Below, piece after piece: positions 42,401 through 53,000 of a stretch of DNA of 64,000 bases. The DNA comes from Alphaproteobacteria bacterium (GTDB lineage Bacteria > Pseudomonadota > Alphaproteobacteria > Rs-D84): assembly GCA_031555055.1 (NCBI GenBank), contig JAVBUT010000008.1, positions 3,354 through 67,353 on the forward strand, in the 5' to 3' direction. The stretch's first letter is position 1. Every line of letters begins with the position of its first letter. Under the pieces are notes generated by a model that saw only the letters and a list, made by a program, of their open reading frames with translations, had not been told where the DNA came from and made no database searches. Both the position numbers and the translations under genes were made by a program.

Positions 42401-42615
42401 GGGTATATAGGTAACCAAACCTTTCTACTTGATTGTCTTAAAAATTATATGTATCTTGTGTATGTGATATTGTTAGGTATAGGAATTAGAACTCCTTAAA
42501 ACACACAGTGATCTAATCATATCCTGGCTACGGTCGGGATGCTGTCGGTTATACTCAAAGCCGACGGGGGTTCTGTGTGAACTTTGTTCTAACTCCCGAC
42601 CATTCCTCTGTCGAA

Positions 42616-44568
42616 ATGAGAGAATGGTTAAACGCACAATTTCAAAACATATTCCTGTGGTCGCCATTTTTAATGGCCGCGGCCAGTGCGCTTTATTTCA
42701 CGTTGTCTTTTGAACCAAATATAATCTATCCCATTGTCGCGTTTTTAATCGCGATTTTATTTTTACTCTTTCGGCAGACGCGGATCGCCGGATTATTTAT
42801 CGCATTGTTCGTCGGCGGTTTTCTGTACGCGGATATTTATACGCGGATGGTGAACACACCACAGATAACGCACGATATGCGTAATACCGAAATCACCGGC
42901 ACCGTTGCGAACATTGACTATACGGATACTAAATCCAGGATGTTTATAAAAATTCCGTCAAACCAGATAAACAAGGATTTATCCGCAAACAAAACGGCCA
43001 TGATCCGCGTATCGTTCGACCAATCGCTGGTCACGCCGAAAATAGGCGACGCGATCAGCGCGCGCGTGACATTGTATCGACCGGACGGCCCGGTCGCACC
43101 CGGTGCGTTCGATTATGCGCGCTGGGCGTACTTTAACGGGATCAGCGCGACAGGATACGTAACAGAATTAAAAATAAAAAACATAAATCGGCAATCCGTA
43201 AACATAAATTCCCTGCGCGATACGATTCATAATCATACGAATTCTTTTCTGTCCGACACGCTGGTTTTGGGATATAAAAATGCTGTGCCACGCGATGACG
43301 TTCCGGTATGGACGGCATCCGGTGTCGGGCACGTATGGTCGATCAGTGGGTTTCACATGACATTGGTCGGCGGATGGTTGGCAATATTATTCTATGCGGT
43401 GTTCCGGCTGATCGCACCGATCACGCGACGTATTCCGGCGCGATATCCGGCACTGGTATGTGCATGGTTCGGATTGCTGTTTTATTTATTTCTGTCGGGG
43501 ATCGATGTCGCGACCATTCGCGCATTTTTAATGACAACACTGATATTCGCAGCGTTCCTGTTCGGTCGCGTTTCATTATCGCTACGCAATGTGTGCATGG
43601 TATTTTTCGCGATATATTTACTGAACCCGCATTATGTTATACAGCCCGGATTTCAATTATCTTTCGCGGCGATATTCGGACTGGTATGGTGGTTCGGCGA
43701 CATGGAATATAAAAAGCGAAATCTGGTCGGAAAATTTATTAACATTACAAAAATCACAGCCCAGACATCAATCATCGCGACGATTTTCACGGCGCCGTTT
43801 GTCGCACATCATTTTTATTTTGTGCCACTGTATGGACTGATCGGGAATCTGATTTTATTACCAGTGTTTTCAATCGCAATAATGCCACTGGTGATAATCG
43901 GAACGATAACCGCGTTGTTTGGCTGGACCGGCCCGCTGATTTTATCGGACAGAATTTATTATTTCTTGCTGGGCATTGCGAACCATATCGCCAGTCTGCC
44001 CGGGGCCCAGTTGCAGATTCCGCATATCTCTGGCACGGCGCTGGGGCTGGTGACGATCGGATTTTTATGCCTGATGTTTATTAACAATATTGGAAAGTTA
44101 AAAATAAATTACGTTCTGTGCGGCACGTTTATGACGGCCGGCGTTTTGGTTGTCTTGCTGACACCGCGTCCGATTTTTTATTCGACCGATGATAATAAAT
44201 TAATCGGTGTTGTTAAATCCGGCACATTGGAATTCAATCAAGCCCGCGCATCAGACCATTACTTTGCATTCGAATCATGGAAGAAATTAAACTTTGAAAA
44301 TCCGACGACCGATAACAAAAGATTCAAGTGCGATCATGGCGTTTGTCGGATTAAAACAAAAAATTGGAATCTGGTCTATGTACAGAAATACATGCCATTG
44401 GCGCGGAATATTGTTGACGTATGTCGCGATGATAATGTGGATTTTATAGTGTCTTATTTCCACGTTACGGCGCCAAAGTGTCGCGCAAAAATCATGCGCG
44501 GTGGGTTTGTGATTTATGAACCAGGTCGGATTAAATACACCCCGTCGGGACGGTGGTGGAATCACTGA
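42616..44568 (+). CDS. comEC: ComEC/Rec2-family competence membrane protein
   Basis: Multi-TM protein. WTASGVGHVWSISGFHMTLVGG is a typical Competence-domain motif. Start taken at MREWLNAQ. Confidence 0.8.
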   Translation: MREWLNAQFQNIFLWSPFLMAAASALYFTLSFEPNIIYPIVAFLIAILFLLFRQTRIAGLFIALFVGGFLYADIYTRMVNTPQITHDMRNTEITGTVANIDYTDTKSRMFIKIPSNQINKDLSANKTAMIRVSFDQSLVTPKIGDAISARVTLYRPDGPVAPGAFDYARWAYFNGISATGYVTELKIKNINRQSVNINSLRDTIHNHTNSFLSDTLVLGYKNAVPRDDVPVWTASGVGHVWSISGFHMTLVGGWLAILFYAVFRLIAPITRRIPARYPALVCAWFGLLFYLFLSGIDVATIRAFLMTTLIFAAFLFGRVSLSLRNVCMVFFAIYLLNPHYVIQPGFQLSFAAIFGLVWWFGDMEYKKRNLVGKFINITKITAQTSIIATIFTAPFVAHHFYFVPLYGLIGNLILLPVFSIAIMPLVIIGTITALFGWTGPLILSDRIYYFLLGIANHIASLPGAQLQIPHISGTALGLVTIGFLCLMFINNIGKLKINYVLCGTFMTAGVLVVLLTPRPIFYSTDDNKLIGVVKSGTLEFNQARASDHYFAFESWKKLNFENPTTDNKRFKCDHGVCRIKTKNWNLVYVQKYMPLARNIVDVCRDDNVDFIVSYFHVTAPKCRAKIMRGGFVIYEPGRIKYTPSGRWWNH

Positions 44569-44584
44569 TAGTTAATGATAAAGC

Positions 44585-44660
44585 AAAATTCCGTCTTTGC
44601 GAGGAGCACAGCGACGCGGCAATCCAGTTAAATAAAGAGGGCGCAAATATGCGCCCCTAC
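44585..44660. repeat. CATTGCGAG-family palindrome followed by a REP hairpin
   Basis: CCGTCTTTGCGAGGAGCACAGCGACGCGGCAATCCAGT, then GAGGGCGCAAATATGCGCCCCTAC. The truA TAG stop lies in the CCCCTAC tail. Confidence 0.8.
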
Positions 44661-45454
44661 AAATACTCTGCTGATACAAAATACAATCCGCTGGCAGGTG
44701 CGGTCGGACCGGCGGCGCTGCGATTTTTGGCCGCAATTATTTCATCAATATCTAATTGCTTGCCATGACCAATTTCAACCAAGGTTCCAACCATATTGCG
44801 GACCATATGGTGCAAGAATGATTTCGCAGACACGTTTATGATTATATACTGACCGACCATATCGGTTGCACCACACATCATATTGCATGTTTCTATATCG
44901 ATCTTATCAATTGTCTTGATCGGGGACGCTGCCTGGCATTCGGACGCGCGGAAAGATGTAAAGTCATGATTGCCGATTAATTTTTCGGCGGCATTTTTCA
45001 TCGCAATAATATCCAGTTCGCGCGGTACCCACCATACCATATTCTTATCCAAAACCACCGGTGCGCGCCGGTTTAGAATAATATATCTGTAATTACGTTT
45101 TGTGCATGAAAATCGCGCATGAAAATCATCGGACACGGATTCACAATTAATCACCGCAACCGGACCGCCATTCATATAAAAATTAATCGCCCGCATTACG
45201 GTTTCGGGCGCAAACCCCTCCCCAAGGGATGGGTTAAAAAGATCAAAATGACAAACCATCCCCAGTGCGTGCACGCCGGCGTCGGTGCGACCGGCGGCGA
45301 CAACGGTGGCGGTTTGACCCGAAAATTTAAATATCGCGTCCGTCAACAATGACTGAACAGACGGACCATCTGCATTGGCCTGCCACCCGATCAGATCGGT
45401 TCCGTTGTATTCAAGAGTTAATTTGTAGCGTGTCAAATTACTTATTCTTAGCAT
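44657..45454 (-). CDS. truA: tRNA pseudouridine(38-40) synthase
   Basis: YKLTLEYNGTDLIGWQ, AAGRTDAGVHALGMV, SFLHHMVRNMVGTL. Confidence 0.92.
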   Translation of the reverse strand: MLRISNLTRYKLTLEYNGTDLIGWQANADGPSVQSLLTDAIFKFSGQTATVVAAGRTDAGVHALGMVCHFDLFNPSLGEGFAPETVMRAINFYMNGGPVAVINCESVSDDFHARFSCTKRNYRYIILNRRAPVVLDKNMVWWVPRELDIIAMKNAAEKLIGNHDFTSFRASECQAASPIKTIDKIDIETCNMMCGATDMVGQYIIINVSAKSFLHHMVRNMVGTLVEIGHGKQLDIDEIIAAKNRSAAGPTAPASGLYFVSAEYL

Positions 45455-45863
45455 TATTTGCAGAACGATAATTTTTTATCATTTTTGCAATAGTATCAAA
45501 CTGCATACCTTTAAATGTTATTCTTTTGAAAACATCCGGATTCAAAGAGCCGTTCTTAATGCTACCATTTTCGTACATGACCACTATTTCTTTTAATTTT
45601 AAATTCTTTGACACATCCAAATAATCAACTGTTACATTGTGTGACTGCACAACTTCTAAATCCGCAAACACAGATAAATCCAAATGTTTTATGTTTGTCT
45701 TACCAGGCATTACAAATTGACCTTTGGAATCAAAAGCTGTCAGTATTAAATGAGTTTTTTTAGAGTCATTATCCTTCTTAGAATCAAAATTTGTTATCGC
45801 CTCTTCAATACTGTACCCTTCTCCCTGGCCCATATTTATGTTAAATTTGATTTTATTTACCAT
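45438..45863 (-). CDS. Low-GC hypothetical protein (141 aa)
   Basis: ORF overlaps the truA start by 17 nt. No motif recognised beyond weak LRR-like periodicity. Confidence 0.45.
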   Translation of the reverse strand: MVNKIKFNINMGQGEGYSIEEAITNFDSKKDNDSKKTHLILTAFDSKGQFVMPGKTNIKHLDLSVFADLEVVQSHNVTVDYLDVSKNLKLKEIVVMYENGSIKNGSLNPDVFKRITFKGMQFDTIAKMIKNYRSANNAKNK

Positions 45864-45895
45864 TGCTGTTTCCTTTTTAGTTATTTCTCTCTACC

Positions 45896-46753
45896 TTACT
45901 CCCCAATTTTTATTTCTGTGCCACGCAAACCATTTACAAACGATTTCCAGTCCATCGGTTTTTTCCCAGCGGGCTGGATACGTATGATTTCAAGGCTTGG
46001 GCACCCCCCCCCGCAAGGAGGGAGTTTATCCGCATAACTTAATTTTGTCTCAAGAATCTTTACATCAATCCCGTTGATTTTTGTTCGGCCACCGATTGAA
46101 CGGACCTGGTTATGAATTTGCTGCGGTGATTTTGACCAGTCGATTATCGTATCTTCTTTGGAAAATTTATGCGTGTATGTCGGCGTGCCGATTTGTTCGA
46201 TTGTCGAATATATTTTCGGATTCTGTAAAAAACCGGACAGCATTTCAGTAGACACAGATGCAACATTTTTTTCCAAATCGACAATCGTATCGTTTTCACC
46301 GATTTTAATTTTCCGGCACATATAGATCGGGCCCGCGTCAACGTCACGTGTTAATTTCATCAGGCATACACCCGTGTCACTATCGCCGTTTAATATCGCA
46401 GACAGCATAGGCGCCGGCCCGCGATACTTTGGCAACAAAGACGGGTGAATATTTATCGTCGGCGCCGCGTTTAGCACATCATCTTTTAATATAACACCGT
46501 ATGACGCCACAACGATATAGTCAATGGATTTATGATTTATGATTTCTGATTTATGATTTAAATCAGAAATTTTTGTATAAACCGGAATGTTTCTAGATTC
46601 GGCCCAGATGTGCACAGGTGATTTTTGCAGTTCCATTTTACGGCCGGCGGGCTTTGGCGCGCGCGTAAAGACCGCCACAATATTGTGTTCGTTTGCCGCA
46701 CGATCAAAAATCGGCACAACCCAATCGTTCGTGCCCATTAGAATTAATTTCAT
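45896..46753 (-). CDS. fmt: Methionyl-tRNA formyltransferase
   Basis: MKLILMGTNDWVVPIF, INIHPSLLPKYRGPAPM, and a C-terminal domain. Start taken downstream of the repeat-encoded extension. Confidence 0.9.
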   Translation of the reverse strand: MKLILMGTNDWVVPIFDRAANEHNIVAVFTRAPKPAGRKMELQKSPVHIWAESRNIPVYTKISDLNHKSEIINHKSIDYIVVASYGVILKDDVLNAAPTINIHPSLLPKYRGPAPMLSAILNGDSDTGVCLMKLTRDVDAGPIYMCRKIKIGENDTIVDLEKNVASVSTEMLSGFLQNPKIYSTIEQIGTPTYTHKFSKEDTIIDWSKSPQQIHNQVRSIGGRTKINGIDVKILETKLSYADKLPPCGGGCPSLEIIRIQPAGKKPMDWKSFVNGLRGTEIKIGE

Positions 46754-46754
46754 T

Positions 46755-46837
46755 ATCGTGACTCGTGACTCGTGACTCGTGACTCGTAAAACGAAAATAT
46801 TATCTTTCGAATCACGATTCACGAATTACGAATCACG
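46755..46837. repeat. Periodic hairpin, GTGACTC/GTGATTC 7-mer family
   Basis: ATC(GTGACTC)x4GTAAAACG ... CGAATCACGATTCACGAATTACGAATCACG. The right arm contains the def TGA stop. Confidence 0.9.
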
Positions 46838-47345
46838 TCCTCTTTTTCTTTACCTTGCGCATTAACATTTCGCGTTTGACCGGCGACAGATAGTCAATAA
46901 ACAATATGCCGTCAAGATGATCAACTTCGTGCTGGGCAATTCGGGCCGCAATACCGGACATTTTCGCACGCATGCCGCGCCCTTCTTCGTCAAACCATTC
47001 GATTTCAATCGATTCAGGCCGTTCGACATGCGAATAAACCGGCAGACCGTCGTTCCCCAAGACAGACAGACAACCTTCTTCCATTTTAACAATTTTATCC
47101 GACCGCCAAGTGATGACCGGGTTTATCATTTTGAAAACTTCGTGTGTATCGGGATTTTGCATCACCAGAAAACGTTGCAAGATTCCGACCTGGGGGGCGG
47201 CCATACCGACGCCGTGCTGGTCCTCCATCATTTGGGCCATTTCATTCATGGCGCGCGCAACCGCCGGTGTGACCTCAGCCACCGCCTCGCACTTTTCGCG
47301 CAACACCAAATCCCCGCAAAGTTTCATTTGTAATTTATCTGTCAT
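46833..47345 (-). CDS. def: Peptide deformylase
   Basis: GVGMAAPQVG, EGCLSV, QHEVDHLDG. Confidence 0.95.
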   Translation of the reverse strand: MTDKLQMKLCGDLVLREKCEAVAEVTPAVARAMNEMAQMMEDQHGVGMAAPQVGILQRFLVMQNPDTHEVFKMINPVITWRSDKIVKMEEGCLSVLGNDGLPVYSHVERPESIEIEWFDEEGRGMRAKMSGIAARIAQHEVDHLDGILFIDYLSPVKREMLMRKVKKKRT

Positions 47346-47375
47346 AGCCCTATAATCTTAGCAAAGGAATTTCTA

Positions 47376-48257
47376 ATGACAACTTATATTTTATTGGCTG
47401 TATCGCTGTTAATACTGGCATTATTGCTGGTCTTGGTGTTTCGCAAACCGACCGACCAGTCGTCGCAATTCGCGTCCTTGCGCGAAGACAATGCGCGTCT
47501 GCGCGAACGTTTGGCGGAACGCCTGGGGGTTTTGGCCCAGAACGCCGCAGAATTAAAGGCGATCAGCGGTGACATCTCGAACTTTAAAAACATCCTGATG
47601 GGCAACAAGCAGGCCCGCGGAAGCTTTGGCGAACGCCAGCTGGAAGACCTGGTCGCGGATGTAATGCCGCCGGAAACATATGCTTTCCAGTTCGTCATGG
47701 AAAACGGCGTGCGGCCGGACTGTGTAATCCGCCTGCCTTATCCGCCAGGCGACATGGTGATCGACAGCAAGTTCCCGCTGGAATCCTTTACACGCATGGC
47801 GAACGACGAAGGTATGAGGAAACAATTCGAATTGGACGTGCGCAAGCATATCGACGCAATCGGTGAAAAATACATAATTCCCGGAAAAACAGCCGACACA
47901 GCGATGATGTTCATTGCATCAGAATCCATATTCGAAACACTGCACCGCGAATTCCCGGCAACGATAGACTATGCCGCGCGGAAAAAGGTCTTTATCGTGT
48001 CGCCGGCGACATTGTGGGCGGTACTGAACACGATCCGGTCCGTGCTGTCGGATATAAAAATAAAGCGCGTCGCGGTCCAGATAAAAAAAGAATTGGATAT
48101 GCTGTTGACGGACCTGACACGTCTGGCGGATCGCGCCGGCAATCTGCAACGTCATTTCGCCCAGACCCAATCTGACGTGGACCAGCTGCAGACATCAATC
48201 GCCAAGATCACCCCGCGCGCAGAAAAATTAAAAGAATTGGAATTCGGCGAAGAATAA
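47376..48257 (+). CDS. rmuC: DNA recombination protein RmuC (short form)
   Basis: N-terminal TM segment, coiled coil, RGSFGERQLEDLV, PDCVIRLP..MVIDSKFPL. Confidence 0.85.
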   Translation: MTTYILLAVSLLILALLLVLVFRKPTDQSSQFASLREDNARLRERLAERLGVLAQNAAELKAISGDISNFKNILMGNKQARGSFGERQLEDLVADVMPPETYAFQFVMENGVRPDCVIRLPYPPGDMVIDSKFPLESFTRMANDEGMRKQFELDVRKHIDAIGEKYIIPGKTADTAMMFIASESIFETLHREFPATIDYAARKKVFIVSPATLWAVLNTIRSVLSDIKIKRVAVQIKKELDMLLTDLTRLADRAGNLQRHFAQTQSDVDQLQTSIAKITPRAEKLKELEFGEE

Positions 48258-48266
48258 TTACCATAC

Positions 48267-48872
48267 TTAACAGGGAGTTGTGCGACACCCGGTTTTTGGG
48301 TCGATCCATACTTCTTCGGCGGCGGCGCGCATGATCGGCAGGTCGGTCTTGCTGTCGGAATATGCGCGAACCAGATTCGGAGTCAGTTTGTTTTTACGCG
48401 CCCATTCATCTAATGCCGTGACTTTGTTTTCGCCCCAACGGAATGATTTGTATTTCCAAGGATTCGCCGGTTCCATTTCAGAACATATAACAGCGTCGAA
48501 TTTCATATCGTCGATCATATGCGGAATCAGATAGTCCGGCCCGGCGGAAATCATCACGACCCGGCGTCCCGCCGCGCGTTCGGCGGCCACTTGGTCTGCG
48601 GCCCATCCGAACCGCTCTATACGATGTTGTTTTATAAATCCCGGGGCCAATTCGCGCACCATGTCCGCGGTCAGGAATCTGCGCATTGCCTGGCGCCACC
48701 AGATTCCACCATGGTTAAAAGTTTTGGCCACAAACGCTGCGCCGATCAATGGCAAAAAGCCCCAAGGCCGCCACGAATGCCGAAAACAATATTTCCCGAA
48801 TTCGAAATTCGCGTCGCGCGCGGACAAGGTTCCGTCAAAATCAAACATTACAACATCGACTTTTTTTAACAT
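48267..48872 (-). CDS. HAD-IB family hydrolase
   Basis: VMFDFDGTLS, MISAGPDYL, YSDSKTDLPIM. Confidence 0.7.
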   Translation of the reverse strand: MLKKVDVVMFDFDGTLSARDANFEFGKYCFRHSWRPWGFLPLIGAAFVAKTFNHGGIWWRQAMRRFLTADMVRELAPGFIKQHRIERFGWAADQVAAERAAGRRVVMISAGPDYLIPHMIDDMKFDAVICSEMEPANPWKYKSFRWGENKVTALDEWARKNKLTPNLVRAYSDSKTDLPIMRAAAEEVWIDPKTGCRTTPC

Positions 48873-48962
48873 GATATTCCTTTATTTTCCCAAGATTATA
48901 TCAAGTTTCGCTTGCACCGCAAATCATATTATTGCTAGCATGGTCTGTATAGGAATGTAATC

Positions 48963-49541
48963 GTGAATAAAATACTAAAATTTTCCTTGATCATTTTTAC
49001 ATCGTTTTTTATCACGCATGGCGCCAGCGCCAACATGTGCGCAGAGATTTCCTGTGAACCAATACACTATATGCCGGCGGGTTGTTCATTGATGAGCTGT
49101 TATGGCGGCGGACCTATGGACATCTCGTGCACGGTATGCCAATCCGGTTACACGCGCATTCATTCCGGACGCAACGCGGCATTTTCAGGCTGCGAATTCG
49201 AAGCCCATTATTGCCAGCAAAACTGCGTCGGGTGCCCCGATTGCACCAGCGACGCCAGCTGGTCCGCGCATTCCGCCGGGTACGAGAAAAAAGTCAACAG
49301 AACCTGTTCTTGTAACACCTGTAATTCAACAACTGTGTACCGCTGTGCGGCCGGCTATTATGGCACATCGTCGAACGGTTCATCCGGATGTACAAAATGT
49401 CCGAACTATATGGGTGGCGGCAATGCACAATCGTCCGCCGGAACAACGCAGATCAACGGGTGTTACGCCCCAGCCGGCGCTGGCGGTTCGGATACTACTG
49501 GCAACCGGGCATTTGACACAGACTGTTATTATTCGATATGA
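48963..49541 (+). CDS. Secreted Cys-rich protein, paralog 1 (192 aa, GTG start)
   Basis: RBS AGGAA 7 nt upstream. Signal peptide MNKILKFSLIIFTSFFITHGASA. CAAGYYGTSSNGSSGCTKCP...CYAPAG...FDTDCYYSI. Confidence 0.65.
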   Translation: MNKILKFSLIIFTSFFITHGASANMCAEISCEPIHYMPAGCSLMSCYGGGPMDISCTVCQSGYTRIHSGRNAAFSGCEFEAHYCQQNCVGCPDCTSDASWSAHSAGYEKKVNRTCSCNTCNSTTVYRCAAGYYGTSSNGSSGCTKCPNYMGGGNAQSSAGTTQINGCYAPAGAGGSDTTGNRAFDTDCYYSI

Positions 49542-50014
49542 AAAAAATTACGATCGCGAGCATCTTGTCAATTATTTATCCCGGCATAGGGCTTGTACAT
49601 GCCGACCCAGTCGACCTAGAAATGTGCGCGCCACCATGCGGGACATATGGCGCGATTACATCCGGATGTAATGTCGCGTGCCTGGAATGCATGGACACCA
49701 ACGAAACACAGGTGAACGGTGTAATTACCAGAGAAACCGGGGTATTAGACTGGATATGTCCCGGATGGGAAGGTGACCGGACCGACTGCTCTTGCCGTTT
49801 CAACGAAACTTATTTATGTGCGGCTGGATATTTTGGCACACCGACAGATTATGATACCGGATGCATCTCATGCGAATTAGCGACCGGGCGCGCCGGCGTG
49901 ACTTCGAATCAAGGCGCCCGATCAATTACCGAATGTTATTTGCCGGCGGGAACAACTTTCAACAATGCATTTGGCAGTGCCGAATTCGAAACCAAATGTA
50001 ATTATTCTTTATAA
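49538..50014 (+). CDS. Secreted Cys-rich protein, paralog 2 (158 aa)
   Basis: ATGA overlap with paralog 1. Signal peptide MKKITIASILSIIYPGIGLVHA. CAAGYFGTPTDYDTGCISC...CYLPAG...FETKCNYSL. Confidence 0.65.
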   Translation: MKKITIASILSIIYPGIGLVHADPVDLEMCAPPCGTYGAITSGCNVACLECMDTNETQVNGVITRETGVLDWICPGWEGDRTDCSCRFNETYLCAAGYFGTPTDYDTGCISCELATGRAGVTSNQGARSITECYLPAGTTFNNAFGSAEFETKCNYSL

Positions 50015-50038
50015 AAAACCGGGATTATCCCGGTTTTT
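50015..50038. terminator. Bidirectional terminator
   Basis: AAAACCGGG-ATTAT-CCCGGTTTT between convergent genes. Confidence 0.7.
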
Positions 50039-50048
50039 AAAAATAAAT

Positions 50049-53000
50049 TTATTTTTTCTTTTTATTTCCGATGCGTTCCATCAGCGTAAATACCGCCGGC
50101 GTCAAAAAGAACGTCCAGAACAGCGACGCCAATATACCGCCGATGATAACGGCGCCCATGGCGACCTTGGTGTCGTCCGGCGCCCACAGCTGGGGCAGCA
50201 ATCCCGCAACAACCGCAACCGTCGCCATGACCAGCATGCGCTTTTTATCAATGAACTGTTCCCACAACGCTTCGCGTGCCGGTTTACCGGCTTTCATTTC
50301 TTCCAGCGTCGGTTCCAGAATCAGAATGTTCGTGCTGACCGCCAGACCCACCAGCATAACCAGCGACATCATCGCCGCGATATTGATCGTACCACCAACC
50401 AGAAACAGCAGAATGAACACACCCGCAAAGCTGGTCAAAATCGAAGTCACAATCGTGAATGGGTGACGCAAGGAATTCATGATCGCCGCCAGCGCCATAA
50501 ACGTCAGTATCGTCGCCAACAGGAATGCGTTTCCGATTTCGCCTGTCGATTCCGCCTGCATTTCGGACATGCCGCCGAACGACGCATAGTATCCTTGTTC
50601 CCAGTCGATCTTTTTCAATTCACTTTGTATTTTCGCCTGGACCGGACCGATCGTGGATTTGCCGATATTAATGTCGATTTCGGTTATGCGATTCTTGTCA
50701 ATTCTGCGGATTGTCGGACTGGCGGTTGTCGGTTTCAGTTCGCCCAGTTCCGACAACGCGACCAAGCCCTTGGCCGTGCCGACATAAACGGAATCAAACA
50801 TCTCGTAGTTTTTATATTCCGGCGCCAGTTCCAAGACGATTGGATATTCGTCGCCATTTTCCTTGTACTTGTACGTATCGTTTCCGTACAGCGCGGTGCG
50901 CAGCGCGCTGGCCGCAGTGGCGTTGCGTACACCCCACAATTTCATTTTTTCATCGCTTGGGACAAATTTTAATTCACGGCCCGGTTTTTGCGACGCCGGC
51001 ACTGCGGTTTGGATTTCCGGAATATTGTTCAGCATGTCCAGAACCTGTGTGGCATACGCTTCGCGTTTTGCGTCGTCTTCACCGTTTATGTTCATGATCA
51101 GATCGTTTGATACTGCGCCGGACATGCCCGCGCCGGCGCGAACCTGGGTTTCGACACCGGGTATGTCGGCGATTGCCGGCACGATTTCGCGCGCGATCTG
51201 CTTGTCTGATTTACTGCGATCGGACCGATCGACCAGACCGACTTTGATGTTAATGTTCTGGACGCCACGATCGCCGATCTTGACCGACACGAAATCAATG
51301 CCGTCGATTTTGGACAAACGGTTTTCAATATCAGCCGCAATAGATTCGGATTTTTTAAACGTTGATCCGGCATCGCCACGCGCGAATATGTTTATTTCGT
51401 TCACGTCTGTTGATCCGGCGAATTCGTTCCCGACCCAGCGCATAGGAATCAATGACAAGACCAGCACTGCGGCGGCCACGCCGACCGCCTGCCACGGCTT
51501 GTTTATTTGCCAGTCATAAAACTTTCGGAACCATGATAATGAATCGGTTTTTTTATCTTTCTTTTTGACTGATTCCTGATTTTTTGTTCCTGGTTTTTTG
51601 CCTTTTAAAATCTTTGCGATCATCATCGGTGTCAATGTAAAGCTGAACATGGATGAAATCAAAACCAGATACACAACCGACAGACCGAACTGTTTCATAA
51701 ACTGGCCCGCGATTCCGCCCATAAACGCCAGCGGCAAGAACACGACAACGTGCGTCGCGATCGTCGCGAATATTCGAACCGCGACTTTTTTGGTACCGGT
51801 CACCGCCGCGTCTTCGGGGGTGTAACCCTGCTCTATCAGACCCAATGCCGATTCGATCAGTACGATCGCGTCCGTAATCAGCGTCCCCAGCGCCGTCGCA
51901 ATCGCCAACAGCGTCATCGCGTTGATTGTAAATCCGGACGCGTCCATCCAGAAAAATCCCGCAACCAGCGACGCCGGAATCATGACACCCGCAATGATTG
52001 TCGTGCGCCAGTTGCGCGTAAACACGATCAATGTCAAAACCGTCAGCGCCAACCCCAGAATAATGTCACGCACAGTCGTATTTGTTTCATGCTGGATCGC
52101 GATGGACGAATCAGAAATTATCTGCATGGCGACCGGATTTTCTGTTCCGGTTTTTGCAAAATGATTCTGCATTTCTTTTTCGAATGCCGGCATTTTCTGA
52201 CGCAGTTCTTTGGAAATTTTTATCGCGTTTCCGTCCGACGCCTTGACAACCGAAGTTATCACAACCGGCTGGCCGTTCAAACGCGCGCCTGTGGTTTTGT
52301 CCAGCGCGGAATCTTCGATACGCGCAATATCGCGCAGACGCAGCACGGCGCCTTCGGGTGTTGTCATCTGCAAATTTTTAATATCGTTTACGGAATTGAA
52401 TTCGCCGACAAACCGGACGACGTTCGAACTGTCCCCCAGTTCCAGTTTGCCACCAGGCACGTTCAAATTATGCGCGGCGATTGCGGCCACGACTTCATTG
52501 ATCGCCAGTCCGCGCGCCGCCATTTGTTCCGGATTCAGATACACGCGTATCGCGCGTTTGTCCCCGCCGTACACAGACACGCTGGCCACGCCGTTGATCC
52601 CTGTGATCTGGCGCGACAAAACGTCATCGACATAATGTTCCAGTGTCCGGACATCCGCACCCGACAGCACGATGTCCATAACCGATTCCTGTAACGGATT
52701 CAGCTTTTCGACAACCGGTTTTTTCAGATCGTCCGGGAATTCGCCTTCGATTGATTCCAACTTTGCCTTGATTTCCGACGCCTTGTCGTTGACATTGACC
52801 CCCAGGTTGAATTCGGCCATTACATATCCGCCGTTTTCATACGCCTGGGATGTGATTTTTTTAATACCGGAAACTTCGGACATTACGTTTTCAGTCTTTT
52901 TGATCACCTGGGATTCGACTTCGTCCGGACTGGCGCCGGGATAGATAAAGCTGGCCGTGACCATGGGAAAATCAATCGCCGGCGTGCGTTCTATATTCAT

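Noticed and set aside
42401-42615. A structured RNA in the 215-nt region upstream of comEC (pairings ACACACAG/CTGTGTG and GGTCGGGA/TCCCGACC)
   Set aside because: No clear promoter-terminator pair and no known motif are present. It may simply be the comEC 5' UTR. The evidence is too weak to call a feature.
49965-50972. Plus-strand 335-aa ORF rich in Arg/Gln/His
   Set aside because: It is antisense to the RND transporter gene and has a biased composition typical of a shadow frame.
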